From: a virus
Taxonomy: Duplodnaviria; Caudoviricetes
DNA length: 30,240 bases
Strand: one strand, 5' to 3'
Virus record (IMG/VR): IMGVR_UViG_3300010398_000029
Span: 1 to 30,240 of that record
The first letter of the stretch is position 1, and each line of letters opens with the position of its first letter. Below the pieces are notes generated by a model. It worked only from the letters and a program-made list of their open reading frames with translations, was not told where the DNA came from and made no database searches. Both the position numbers and the translations under genes were made by a program. Shown in pieces: positions 17,340 through 26,773 of this stretch.

Positions 17340-19517
17340 ATGGCGCGCGCTGCCGTTGTCTCTATCCCTATCACTCCTGGTGCGCTGTCTGACGACACCG
17401 ACTTAGCGGCGCAGCTACACGCCGTTGATATGGATAAAGTCCGCTACCGGGGGAACCGAGCGGAAACCATTCATGGATGGAGCCAGTTCAACGCCTCCGG
17501 GATGAGTTCTGGCACGGCTCGCGGATGTCACGCTTGGGCAACGCTGACCGGGGCTCCCGTTCTGCTTGCCGCTTCTGAATCGGCTGTGAATGCCTGGGTT
17601 GCCGGGACACGTTCGGACATAACGCCCAAGACCCTGGATATGTTTGTTCCTAGTACCAGCGTCATCTTTTCTACCAACGTGATCTCGATATCACCGTGGA
17701 AGCTCTACGATCCTACTACCGGCACTTCGGTAGCGGGAAATTGCCCTCTGCTTGTTGGAGACGTTGTCACTTTCAGCGGCGTTCCATTTAGCGGCGGTGG
17801 TTACAATCCTAATGGATCATTCACTGTTTCCCAAGTCGCACCGAGCGGAGTGATACTCACCGCCAGCGGTGCATTCCCCACGGTGCGAACGATCGACGCC
17901 TATACGATAACCGTTCCATTTCGCAATGGTCTCGCTACTGGCACCGGCGATCTTGTCAGTCAAAAGGCACGCATCTATTCGATCTCCAACTTTGGCGAGG
18001 ATGCCGTTTTTTGCGGCTCCGATGGAACGCCGATTTGGTTCTGGCAACCGGCGACTAGCTATCCCGAGCTCACTACGAATGGGACGTTTACCGGCAGCAT
18101 GACCGGATGGACGACCACCGCCGGAGGATGGGCGTATGGCGCCAACAACGTGGTATTCACTGGCGGTGGCGCCGCTTCAACACTGATACAAGATCTTAAT
18201 AGCAAAATGACCTTGACGGCGGGCAAGGTCTACGAGATGTCCTTTACGATCGTCGCCATTGGCGCGACATTCACCCTCGACATCCAAGCCTATGACTCAA
18301 CCTATACGCCGATCGTCAAGATCCATCCCAGCATTGTAACCGGAGCGGTAGGAGCTGCGGACTATCAGCGGACCTACACCTTCCGCTTCGTATGCCCTGC
18401 AGATACGGTTTACATCGGGTTTACGGCGAACTCCGCCAATAATCTGACGCTTGATAACGTCTCCATCAAGCTGTTGAGCACGGCAGCGCCGATCTCTCAG
18501 GCGCCACAGGTCAATCGTGCCTTGTTCGTCGATGCCAATCACATCTTGACTGCGTTGGCCACGGTCCAGGCGGATGGTACTTTTAATCCGCTACTGATGC
18601 GTTGGAGCGCGCAGGACAATTATAGGAGTTGGATCCCGTCTACGACCAACATCGCCGGCGAGCTCAGTCTCGGCGTAGGATCGACAGCAGTCTGCGGCCT
18701 CCCGGCTGGCGGGCAAAATCTCATCTTTACCGATGATGCGGTCTTCATCTCAACCTTCACCTCGACCGGCTATACCCTGACCCTAGCCGGTCAAGGGAGT
18801 GGTCCGCTTGGAGCTCGCGCAGCCGCTACCGTCAACAACGTGGCCTTTTGGGCCTCGACCAAAGGCATATTCATGTTTGACGGCGCTCGCGTCTTGCCGA
18901 TCGAGATGCCGATCAAGGATCGCTTTGTCAACCAACTCAGACAGTACCAGGAGAATAAGACCTTCGTCTGGATCTCTGTCGAATTCGGTGAGGTATGGAT
19001 CCACTATCCTCATACCAGCGATGGGACTGAGGTCTCTCGCTATCTGATTTATAACTTCGCCGGCGGTGGCAATCCTTGGAGCTTCGGCACTTTCAATAGG
19101 ACATGTTGGATCAGGTCGGGTGTATTTTCCTATCCGATCGCCTTCGACACCTCGGGAGCCGTTTGGTATCAAGAGACGGGCAATACCATGTCAGGATCGA
19201 TTACCTTGCCCTATCTGGAAACTGGCTATGCTACCGGCCAGGATGGCGATCGTTGGATCGGATGCCGGCGCTATTACCCAGATATTGAAAATCAAACCGG
19301 CAATATGCTGGTAATGATCAAGGGGAAGTTAAAACCCCAGGGTCTCAATAATACCGATCAAGTTGGGCCTTTTGTCATGGAGCCTAATCGGGACAAGCTT
19401 GATTTCCTCATCCGCTCACGTCAGCTCAAGCTCCGCTGGGCCTCGCAGGCCTCGCCGACCTATTGGCGCCTCGGCGTCGTAGGTTTGGAAATGGTTTCCA
19501 ATCGTGAGCGTCGCTAG
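17340..19517 (+). CDS. Tail nozzle / DNA-stabilisation protein with inserted domains
   Basis: DMDKVRYRGNRAETIHGW, SNFGEDAV, PLLMRWSAQDNYRSWIPSTTNIAG, FGEVWIHYP..RYLIYN, RYYPD, WRLG. Confidence 0.8.
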   Translation: MARAAVVSIPITPGALSDDTDLAAQLHAVDMDKVRYRGNRAETIHGWSQFNASGMSSGTARGCHAWATLTGAPVLLAASESAVNAWVAGTRSDITPKTLDMFVPSTSVIFSTNVISISPWKLYDPTTGTSVAGNCPLLVGDVVTFSGVPFSGGGYNPNGSFTVSQVAPSGVILTASGAFPTVRTIDAYTITVPFRNGLATGTGDLVSQKARIYSISNFGEDAVFCGSDGTPIWFWQPATSYPELTTNGTFTGSMTGWTTTAGGWAYGANNVVFTGGGAASTLIQDLNSKMTLTAGKVYEMSFTIVAIGATFTLDIQAYDSTYTPIVKIHPSIVTGAVGAADYQRTYTFRFVCPADTVYIGFTANSANNLTLDNVSIKLLSTAAPISQAPQVNRALFVDANHILTALATVQADGTFNPLLMRWSAQDNYRSWIPSTTNIAGELSLGVGSTAVCGLPAGGQNLIFTDDAVFISTFTSTGYTLTLAGQGSGPLGARAAATVNNVAFWASTKGIFMFDGARVLPIEMPIKDRFVNQLRQYQENKTFVWISVEFGEVWIHYPHTSDGTEVSRYLIYNFAGGGNPWSFGTFNRTCWIRSGVFSYPIAFDTSGAVWYQETGNTMSGSITLPYLETGYATGQDGDRWIGCRRYYPDIENQTGNMLVMIKGKLKPQGLNNTDQVGPFVMEPNRDKLDFLIRSRQLKLRWASQASPTYWRLGVVGLEMVSNRERR

Positions 19518-19866
19518 CGAATTCGAACGCTGCTGGCCGTGGTTGTGTGGTGCGATCGAGCGATATGGTCATACCCATGACAAGGAACACATCTGGTCAG
19601 CGCTCCAACAGAACAAGGCCTGGTTGCATCCACTGCCGCATGCGGCCATTCTCACCTCGATCGAGGATCATCCAACGGGTCTTAAGGAGTGTTATGGCTG
19701 GTTAGCCGGTGGCGATTTGCGTGAAATCGTCGCCGCCGAGCCGTACATTGCCTTTCTCCATAAGCAAGCTGGATGTCATCGTGTCGCGCTGCGAGCTCGG
19801 CCAGGCTGGCAGCGCGCACTCAATGGATATCGGATTTATGGAAGCATCCTTGTAAAGGATCTCTAA
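19504..19866 (+). CDS. GNAT-like protein typical of the podovirus nozzle-to-ejection junction
   Basis: WLAGGDL..GCHRV..ARPGWQRALNGY. Confidence 0.7.
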   Translation: MSVASEFERCWPWLCGAIERYGHTHDKEHIWSALQQNKAWLHPLPHAAILTSIEDHPTGLKECYGWLAGGDLREIVAAEPYIAFLHKQAGCHRVALRARPGWQRALNGYRIYGSILVKDL

Positions 19867-21032
19867 TGGGCAAGCCATCAATCAGCTCTAGCGGAACGTC
19901 CAACCAGACCGCGATTACCAATCCGGCTGCCTGGTATACGCAGCAATTCCAAGACATAATGAATTCCGGCAACTTGCTCTATGGTGGTCTTGCAGGGCAA
20001 ACGCCGGGACTGATGCCGGATCAGATCACCGCCTCGCAGGTGATGAATGCCGGGCTGCAGAATTACATGATGCAGCCGCAGGTCCCGGCCTATGATGTAT
20101 TTGGGATGGGCAACCAATGGAATACGGGGCCATTCCCGGTCTCTACCGTTGGCCCTATCGGCGCCTTCAATAATCAAGCGGTCGCATCTCAGGCCCAGGC
20201 TGCGCAGATGCAGCCAGCCCAGCTTGCGCCTACTGATCCTTCGCAATTCATGAGCCCGTATATTGAGACTGCGTTAAACCCTGCACTCAATCGTCTACGT
20301 CAGCAGCAAGCGGAAGTCCTTGCCAATGTTGGAGCTCAAGCGGCAGCCGGGCATGCTTATGGCGGTAGTAGAGAAGCTGTACAGGAAATGCTCGCGGATA
20401 GAAACTATCGAGATACTCTCGCGAATACTGCGGGAAATATGCTTTCTCAAGCGTATAACACTGCGCAACAGGCGGCTTTGTCTAACGTCGCTAATAGGCA
20501 AGCTGCCGCCTCGACCAATGCGCAGCTGCAGAATACGATTAACAGTCTCAACGCGCAGTTAGGAACGAATGTTTCGCTAGCGAATATGCAGACTGGGTTG
20601 GGTTATGCTCAACTAGGCCAGAATGCGGCGCTACAGAATGCGCAGATGCAGAATCAAGCCCAACAGCAGTACCAAAACCTTTTGTTCCAGGGCGCGCAAA
20701 GTGACGCTGCTCGCTATCTGCAGGCCGTAGGTTTGCAGCCGCAAATCGATACCAATCAGCTGAATACGATAATGAATGCAGCCAATGCGCTCAATCAGCT
20801 AGGTGCCAATCAAGGCGCGATCGCTGGCGGGGCTTTGGGACAGTATTGGAACCAGTTAGGAAATCTCGCTCAACTGTTGCGTGCCGGCGTACCGGGATCG
20901 ACTACAACGACGGCGGGAACGACGACAGGGACACAAACGAGACCGTTTGATTTTGGTTCAGCAGCACTTGGCATTCTGGGGCTGCTTGGACGTACGAGTC
21001 CTACTAGTGTTCTCGGCGGCCTTTTCAGGTAA
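19866..21032 (+). CDS. DNA ejection (pilot) protein
   Basis: MGK..S/T-rich start at 19866 (TAATG coupling); FMSPY..AYGGSRE..AYNTAQ; Q/A/N-rich; hydrophobic GILGLLG C-terminus. Confidence 0.8.
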   Translation: MGKPSISSSGTSNQTAITNPAAWYTQQFQDIMNSGNLLYGGLAGQTPGLMPDQITASQVMNAGLQNYMMQPQVPAYDVFGMGNQWNTGPFPVSTVGPIGAFNNQAVASQAQAAQMQPAQLAPTDPSQFMSPYIETALNPALNRLRQQQAEVLANVGAQAAAGHAYGGSREAVQEMLADRNYRDTLANTAGNMLSQAYNTAQQAALSNVANRQAAASTNAQLQNTINSLNAQLGTNVSLANMQTGLGYAQLGQNAALQNAQMQNQAQQQYQNLLFQGAQSDAARYLQAVGLQPQIDTNQLNTIMNAANALNQLGANQGAIAGGALGQYWNQLGNLAQLLRAGVPGSTTTTAGTTTGTQTRPFDFGSAALGILGLLGRTSPTSVLGGLFR

Positions 21033-21035
21033 TCA

Positions 21036-22754
21036 ATGCCGTACGAATTCGGCTCCTCGAGTCTGATCGATTCTCTCAATAACAATCCTTATGATCTCGA
21101 TCCCGCTGTTCTGCGTCGCATCATTGCAATCGAGAGCGGCGGCGATCCCAACGCCCGGACTGGAAGCTACAAAGGTCTTTTTCAGCTCTCGAATGATGAA
21201 TTCAACAGGTATGGCGGCGGCAACATCTATGATGCCCAGGATAACACCGACGCCGCATTAAGAAAGCTATCTGCCGAGCGTGATTGGTTTGCGCAGAACT
21301 ATGGTCGCAATCCGAGTGCGACCGACCTTTACCTCATGCATCAGCAGGGACAGGGCGGCTATGCCATGCACCTTGCCAACCCGGACTCACCGGCATGGCA
21401 GAACATGCTGGCGACAGCAGAGGGAAGGCAAAAGGGACCAAATTGGGCCAAGCAGGCTATTTGGGGAAACATTCCCGACAATCTCAAAGACCAATACGGC
21501 GACGTAAACAATGTATCGAGCCAGGATTTTATGGATCTCTGGCGCAACAAAGTTGAGGGCGATGGCGGTGATATTCAGGCCGCAGCACTAGGAACCGGAA
21601 GGCGACGAATGGCTGATACCTCGCGCGGAATGCTAGGGATCTTGGATCCTACGGCACCGAGAGAAGATCAACGGCCGCAGGGATTGCTCGGCACATTGGG
21701 CGATCCCGAGAGCATTGCGTACCTCGCAATGATCAGCAAGGCGTTTAACCCATGGAGCCAGATGAACCCAGAACAATTGCTTATCCAGGCGCAGAGAACG
21801 CGGGAATCCCAGGCCCAACGAGCGATGGACCGTTACTATAGGGATCAGGAACTGAGGCTCAGGCAGCAGGAGTACTATGACAAGCAGGATGTGTTGCGGC
21901 GCCAGCGGCAAGCTTATGAGTCCGTCTATGGAGGCGGACAGCCACAACCATCGCAAATGCCGGTTGCTCCGATCACTGCCGCGCCGCTTACCGGTGGTCA
22001 AGAGGCTGAGCCGGCGGGTTTGCCCACTCCACAAGAGGCGGACACCGGCCGCACTGCGGCTCCTCCTGACACGACGGCAGCGCCTCTTACGACTACGGGA
22101 GGGCTGACGCTCGACCTGCCGAAGGTCACGCAGGCCCTTCGCAATCCGTATCTCGATCCGACCACGCGCTCTTTCATGCAAGCGGAATATAACCGACTGA
22201 CTGCATCACAAAAGATAGGCCAGGACGTTGCCGAGAAACGGCGTCTCGCAGAGCTTCCTTTGGAGCAGGGCGGGCTGGGACTAGAAAAGGGAAGTCCCGA
22301 GTGGCAACAGTATGTGGCCGGGATAAAGCCTGCTGAGAAAGCGTTGCCACCGCAGGCGGCAAGGAGCTTGACGGCTGCGCAGAACTTTCTCGCTAGGGCT
22401 CCTGAGATTGAAAGGGCAATCAGTAACGGGGAACTCACAGGACCTATCAATGCGCCGTTAGCGCGGGGCGGCATAGGCAATAAAGGCACGCTCTTTAGAG
22501 CGATGCAGGAAGGGGTCGATGCCCTGAGAACTCGCGGTAGTCCGGTCAACGAGAACAATTATCTACCGGCCATCACTGACACGCAGAAGACCCTTCTAGC
22601 CAAGCACAAGGCTCTCACCGAGGCGCTACAGGGCCTCGAAGGTAATCTCCTCCGAGGACGTGGCCCGAGTGAGAGTACAAGATCGGATCGCTCGCCCTTT
22701 GGCATGGGCGGCGGGAGCCTGCCGGAAGGCTGGACCGTGAAAGTGAGGCCGTAG
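21036..22754 (+). CDS. Ejection protein with N-terminal lytic transglycosylase (SLT-like) domain
   Basis: IIAIESGGDPNA..YKGLFQ (catalytic Glu motif) and LYLMHQQG; helical C-terminal region. Confidence 0.85.
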   Translation: MPYEFGSSSLIDSLNNNPYDLDPAVLRRIIAIESGGDPNARTGSYKGLFQLSNDEFNRYGGGNIYDAQDNTDAALRKLSAERDWFAQNYGRNPSATDLYLMHQQGQGGYAMHLANPDSPAWQNMLATAEGRQKGPNWAKQAIWGNIPDNLKDQYGDVNNVSSQDFMDLWRNKVEGDGGDIQAAALGTGRRRMADTSRGMLGILDPTAPREDQRPQGLLGTLGDPESIAYLAMISKAFNPWSQMNPEQLLIQAQRTRESQAQRAMDRYYRDQELRLRQQEYYDKQDVLRRQRQAYESVYGGGQPQPSQMPVAPITAAPLTGGQEAEPAGLPTPQEADTGRTAAPPDTTAAPLTTTGGLTLDLPKVTQALRNPYLDPTTRSFMQAEYNRLTASQKIGQDVAEKRRLAELPLEQGGLGLEKGSPEWQQYVAGIKPAEKALPPQAARSLTAAQNFLARAPEIERAISNGELTGPINAPLARGGIGNKGTLFRAMQEGVDALRTRGSPVNENNYLPAITDTQKTLLAKHKALTEALQGLEGNLLRGRGPSESTRSDRSPFGMGGGSLPEGWTVKVRP

Positions 22755-24266
22755 ATGCCCACGTTCGAATTTACTAGTCCAGAGGGCAAGACCTATACCG
22801 TCGAAGGTCCACAAGGCTCTTCACAGGCTCAGGCTTGGGACATTCTGCAAGGGCAGCTTGCGGCTCCTCAGACTGAGACACCGCCTGAGAGGCCGCCGGA
22901 AGCCCCGATGACTGTCGGTGGTACTTATAAAGCATTCGATCGAGGGGTTGCCGAAGCGGCCGCTAACTTAGTCGGCTTGCCGAGAACTCTTGGTGAGGCG
23001 GGCGGTCAAGCTATGAATTGGCTCAGTCGTCAGACTGGACTGCCTGAGGTCTACGATCCCAACATTCCCTCACAAGCGCCGACGACCGAACAGGCAAGGC
23101 AGGCAATCCAACAGCAATACTATGGCGGTGCCGCTCCTTATGAGCCGCAGAACACGCTTGAGCGTTACGCCCAAGCTGTTGGCCAGACAGCGCCAAATGC
23201 ACTCTTGCCGGGCGGAGCGATAACGCGTGCCGCCAATGTCATCCTACCGGCCACGGCGGCGCAGACCACGGCTGAATTGGGCGGTGGTCCATTGGCGCAG
23301 GCTGCAGCGGGTCTTGCGGGTGGTATCGGTGCTGGCAAGCTAGGCCAGATCGCCGAACACGCCGCTACTATGCAGGCGAGTACGATGCCCACGCTTGCCA
23401 AATTGGAGGAGGAGAAGAATGCAATCTATCAGGTTGTGGATAATGCAGGAGCAACGATGCCGATCGCGAAGGCGGACTTCGATCAATTTGCTTCGCAACT
23501 GAAATCCAGCGCGAATGCAAAGCAAGTCCGACCAGCAAACGCTGCAGGAGTATACGAGGAAATCAACAAGCTTCCGCAGAATGGCGGCGATGTTGCCGAT
23601 CTGCTCAACCTGCGGGCCGGCCTTAGGAGCCTTGGCGGCCGCGATGGCGTGCAGGCGCAGAAGGTCTTGCCGCAAGTGGAAGCGGAAATAGAAAGCTATC
23701 TGCCCGGAACGATCAAGCAACTGGATACGGCTGATGCCAATTACAACAAACTTAGCACTGCCTCGATGCTTGACCGAGTGATTGCCAAGCAGGAAATCAG
23801 AGCGGCCAAGACGGGCAATCTAGGCGACAAGCTGCGTGATGCTGCTGGTAAAATCGTTGAAAATGAAAACCAAATGCGATTCCTCAGTCCGGAGGAACAG
23901 CAAATGGTGCGCGATCTTTCTCAAGGAACGCATAGCCAAAAAGCAATGAAATGGATCTCCGACCAAATGGGCGGGTGGATCACACGCTTTCTAGGCTCAG
24001 GTGCCGTTCTTGGCATTGCGCACTATTCCGGTCATGATGAGGCACTTGCTCCGATCGTAGGTACATTTCTTGGCAAAGGCGTGGTCAAGGCTGCTTACAA
24101 TCGCTCCATTGCTGGTCAAGCGAGACAGGTGCAGCAACAGGTCATTGCCAACTCGCCTTATGCAAGGAGCATCGGCGCGACTGTCCCGCCGCCTTTGCCG
24201 AGCATAGGAGGAGCGTTCACTCCTGGCGTCTTGCCAGCGACAGAACGCCTGCAAGAAGGTCAGTAG
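22755..24266 (+). CDS. Large DNA ejection protein
   Basis: MPTFEFTSPEGKTYTVEGP N-terminus; Ala/Gly-rich helices; position after the SLT protein. Confidence 0.75.
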   Translation: MPTFEFTSPEGKTYTVEGPQGSSQAQAWDILQGQLAAPQTETPPERPPEAPMTVGGTYKAFDRGVAEAAANLVGLPRTLGEAGGQAMNWLSRQTGLPEVYDPNIPSQAPTTEQARQAIQQQYYGGAAPYEPQNTLERYAQAVGQTAPNALLPGGAITRAANVILPATAAQTTAELGGGPLAQAAAGLAGGIGAGKLGQIAEHAATMQASTMPTLAKLEEEKNAIYQVVDNAGATMPIAKADFDQFASQLKSSANAKQVRPANAAGVYEEINKLPQNGGDVADLLNLRAGLRSLGGRDGVQAQKVLPQVEAEIESYLPGTIKQLDTADANYNKLSTASMLDRVIAKQEIRAAKTGNLGDKLRDAAGKIVENENQMRFLSPEEQQMVRDLSQGTHSQKAMKWISDQMGGWITRFLGSGAVLGIAHYSGHDEALAPIVGTFLGKGVVKAAYNRSIAGQARQVQQQVIANSPYARSIGATVPPPLPSIGGAFTPGVLPATERLQEGQ

Positions 24267-24399
24267 CCAAGTAAGCGAGAAGGCCGCCGATAAGCCAGCA
24301 GGCTAATCTACCGTCCTTCGGATTATTGTGAAGCCACGGCCAATATTCGTTACTAGCCACCACAGACAAAATAATCGCACTTTGGAACAGATACCACAT
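24217..24399 (-). CDS. Antisense 60-aa two-TM membrane protein (possible superinfection exclusion or moron)
   Basis: MWYLFQSAIILSVVASNEYWPW..LACWLIGGLLAYLATDLL; GGGGAG SD 6 nt upstream of the ATG. Confidence 0.6.
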   Translation of the reverse strand: MWYLFQSAIILSVVASNEYWPWLHNNPKDGRLACWLIGGLLAYLATDLLAGVLSLARRQE

Positions 24400-24652
24400 G
24401 ACGATCTCCCCTGAGCAAGCCCGAAGGCTAGCTAGACATATAGTATCGGGTACGGCTTTGGGGCGGCAGCTTTGTGGTCCAATTGGGGAATGGGGCGACG
24501 CGTGCAGTGCAGCACAGGAACGTCCTTCGGCTGAGAACCTGTCGCGTCTATTCAACAAGGCCCGCAATCTCTCTACCAATCTCAAGGATGCAGGTATCTC
24601 GCACTCGCAAAGCGAGTTGCTGAAATCGCTCTATAAGGATGAGGGCAAGTAA
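24398..24652 (+). CDS. Hypothetical helical protein
   Basis: 84-aa ORF whose TAA overlaps the endolysin ATG; weak RBS. Confidence 0.5.
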   Translation: MTISPEQARRLARHIVSGTALGRQLCGPIGEWGDACSAAQERPSAENLSRLFNKARNLSTNLKDAGISHSQSELLKSLYKDEGK

Positions 24653-25221
24653 TGCGCTATGGCGTGAAATGGCCGACATATGCTCGGCAATGGGATCGAA
24701 TGCGGGAGAACCTGAGCCGACGGGAGGAATTCCAACATGATGCCCGGCGCATCATGGCGCACAAGGATCGCTACCAAGCGGTCGAAGCCAAGACCGGAGT
24801 CCCGTGGCCACTCATTGGCGTTCTTCATTTGAGGGAAGCTGATCTCGATTTCAACACGTACCTAGGCAATGGCGATCCCTTGAACCGGTCGACTCGGCAT
24901 GTCCCGCGAGGACGTGGGCCTTTCGATACTTGGGAGGAAGGTGCCATTGATGCGTTGAAACTTGACGGCCTAACCTCGGTAAAGGATTGGCGACTCGAGA
25001 AGATGCTTTACTACGGAGAGATATACAATGGCGCCGGCTATGATATGCGCGGATTACCTAGTCCATACCTATGGGGCGGGACTAATGTGCAAAGGCCAGG
25101 AAAATTTGTAGCTGATGGGCGCTTTAATCCTCGCGTCTGGGATAGCCAGCCCGGAGTCGCACCGATCCTGTCCGAGATCGCCAAGCTCGATCCGAATGTG
25201 CAATACGTTCGCGAAGATTAG
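24652..25221 (+). CDS. Endolysin, lysozyme-family (COG5526-like), catalytic domain only
   Basis: RYQAVEAKTGVPW..HLRE..YLGNGDPL..VPRGRGPF..YNGAGY..PSPYLWGGT..GKFVADG..DSQPG. Confidence 0.87.
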   Translation: MRYGVKWPTYARQWDRMRENLSRREEFQHDARRIMAHKDRYQAVEAKTGVPWPLIGVLHLREADLDFNTYLGNGDPLNRSTRHVPRGRGPFDTWEEGAIDALKLDGLTSVKDWRLEKMLYYGEIYNGAGYDMRGLPSPYLWGGTNVQRPGKFVADGRFNPRVWDSQPGVAPILSEIAKLDPNVQYVRED

Positions 25222-25456
25222 CATCCTCCTCATCCTATTGGTACTTCCCGGCTGCGCCACTTTGACGGTAGCTGCAGTCGGCGGTGCCGTAGCTCTTGGT
25301 GCAGCAGGCGCGATCACCAGATATGAAGTCAGCAAGGCTCTCGATCGCTGGGATTCCATGCGGACTGAGGAACGGCGTTTCTATTGCTACAAATATCGCA
25401 AGCAGCTAATGCGTAAGCGTGAGGCCTGGAAGTATTGCGGAAACTACTGGACATGA
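25196..25456 (+). CDS. Putative lipoprotein
   Basis: MCNTFAKISILLILLVLPG-C lipobox-like signal, then a Gly/Ala-rich segment. Confidence 0.65.
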   Translation: MCNTFAKISILLILLVLPGCATLTVAAVGGAVALGAAGAITRYEVSKALDRWDSMRTEERRFYCYKYRKQLMRKREAWKYCGNYWT

Positions 25457-25677
25457 AAGTCGACTGGCGACGAGAACACAAGAACGGCGGCCTGTCCTAC
25501 CTTGTGATCAATGGCGACTACTCTCGGATCGCGTTTTCGATCAACGAGGGCGGCTTCCCGATGAACCTCCATTTTTCTTGGTCACATGAAGGTGAGGTTA
25601 TGCTTTACCTCTATACGGCGGGCGTTCGCGTTGTTCGATTTCCTGAGACTGGTTGGCAATATGAGAGAGGAAAATAG
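25453..25677 (+). CDS. Hypothetical protein
   Basis: ATGA overlap; stop abuts the next ATG. Confidence 0.55.
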   Translation: MKVDWRREHKNGGLSYLVINGDYSRIAFSINEGGFPMNLHFSWSHEGEVMLYLYTAGVRVVRFPETGWQYERGK

Positions 25678-26118
25678 ATGGATCCGTTAACGCTTATCCA
25701 GCTGGCAATCACCTACGGCTTGACCATCAAGCGCATCATCGATGTTGCGACTAGCAATGAGGACATCATCACGAAGATCAAGGAGGATGCCGCTCCGGTT
25801 GCCTCACTGCTGGAAACGCTTGGATCCAAGCTGTTCCCGAAGGCTGCACCCGCATTGCATATCGCTGCAGGGGCGATCGGCGCCTTCGATCCAAGCGTGA
25901 CTCGGTGGTTGCAGCAATCGCTCAATATTTTGCTTGATCCCTCGCCCAACCTAGTGGTCGATGGTATCTACGGCCCTAATACTCGCGCCGCAGTCTTGAG
26001 AGCGCAGACGAAATTGGGCTTGACGGTTGATGGCTTCGCTGGCCAGGTTACCCGCGCGGCCATCGATGCGGCGATGGCGAAACTCAATGCCCCAAAACCG
26101 ACAACTGTGGAGACCTGA
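25678..26118 (+). CDS. Peptidoglycan-binding domain (PG_binding_1-like) protein
   Basis: WLQQSLN..LVVDGIYGPNTRAAV..QTKLGLTVDGFAGQVTRAAI. Confidence 0.85.
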   Translation: MDPLTLIQLAITYGLTIKRIIDVATSNEDIITKIKEDAAPVASLLETLGSKLFPKAAPALHIAAGAIGAFDPSVTRWLQQSLNILLDPSPNLVVDGIYGPNTRAAVLRAQTKLGLTVDGFAGQVTRAAIDAAMAKLNAPKPTTVET

Positions 26119-26119
26119 T

Positions 26120-26350
26120 ATGGCTGATCCGACGCTTGAGGAATTGAATGCTGGCTTTGACGCGGCTTATGAGAAAATGATTGATTGGATTATGCATAGT
26201 CCAGAGCTTAATCGAAACATACCTTTCGTAGGCAACATAAGGGATATCGCTCTTGGCAAGATTAAGTCTCCGGAAGGTCGCAAAAGGCTATTAGAGGTTG
26301 TCAAGGACGTAATCACAGCGGACAATAAAGTCCAAGATGCAGCTAAATGA
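26120..26350 (+). CDS. Hypothetical protein
   Basis: MADPTLEELNAG..; GGAG RBS. Confidence 0.65.
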   Translation: MADPTLEELNAGFDAAYEKMIDWIMHSPELNRNIPFVGNIRDIALGKIKSPEGRKRLLEVVKDVITADNKVQDAAK

Positions 26351-26435
26351 CGGCCTCTGCCGATGGCCATGGCTCGGCGTCATCGTTTTATTCCTCGTCG
26401 CTTGTGTCATTGCAATCTTGTTATTCGTCCATTGA
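26337..26435 (+). CDS. 32-aa single-TM peptide (not in ORF track)
   Basis: MQLNDGLCRWPWLGVIVLFLVACVIAILLFVH; fills the gap between flanking genes. Confidence 0.5.
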   Translation: MQLNDGLCRWPWLGVIVLFLVACVIAILLFVH

Positions 26436-26440
26436 TCGAA

Positions 26441-26773
26441 ATGAAATTCTGGGAGCGGTTCGCGATAATGGTTATGATAGTGCTGACAGTGTTGTTGGTA
26501 CTAGCGATAGGCTCTGCGCTGATGGTTGAGGGCGAGATAATTCTGGAGTTACCATTCTCGAAATGGGATCAGAAAATGCTTGACCTTGATCGGGAGGCTA
26601 TCGATCGGGCTTATGTCAATAAGATTGGGCAGCTGTACGACGTCTGGGTGCGCGAGGGCAGAGAGCATCCGGAACGGCCAGTCAAAGGAGCCGCAGAAGC
26701 CAAACGCGCTTATACGGCTATCCAGGACACTATCGAACAACGGCAGAAGATCATCAATGAACGTAAGCCATGA
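26441..26773 (+). CDS. N-terminally membrane-anchored helical protein (lysis region)
   Basis: MKFWERFAIMVMIVLTVLLVLAIGSALM TM segment, then a charged helical domain. Confidence 0.65.
   Translation: MKFWERFAIMVMIVLTVLLVLAIGSALMVEGEIILELPFSKWDQKMLDLDREAIDRAYVNKIGQLYDVWVREGREHPERPVKGAAEAKRAYTAIQDTIEQRQKIINERKP

Noticed and set aside
23435-23443. Third perfect DnaA box
   Set aside because: Lies inside a coding region (VVDN) and is plausibly chance
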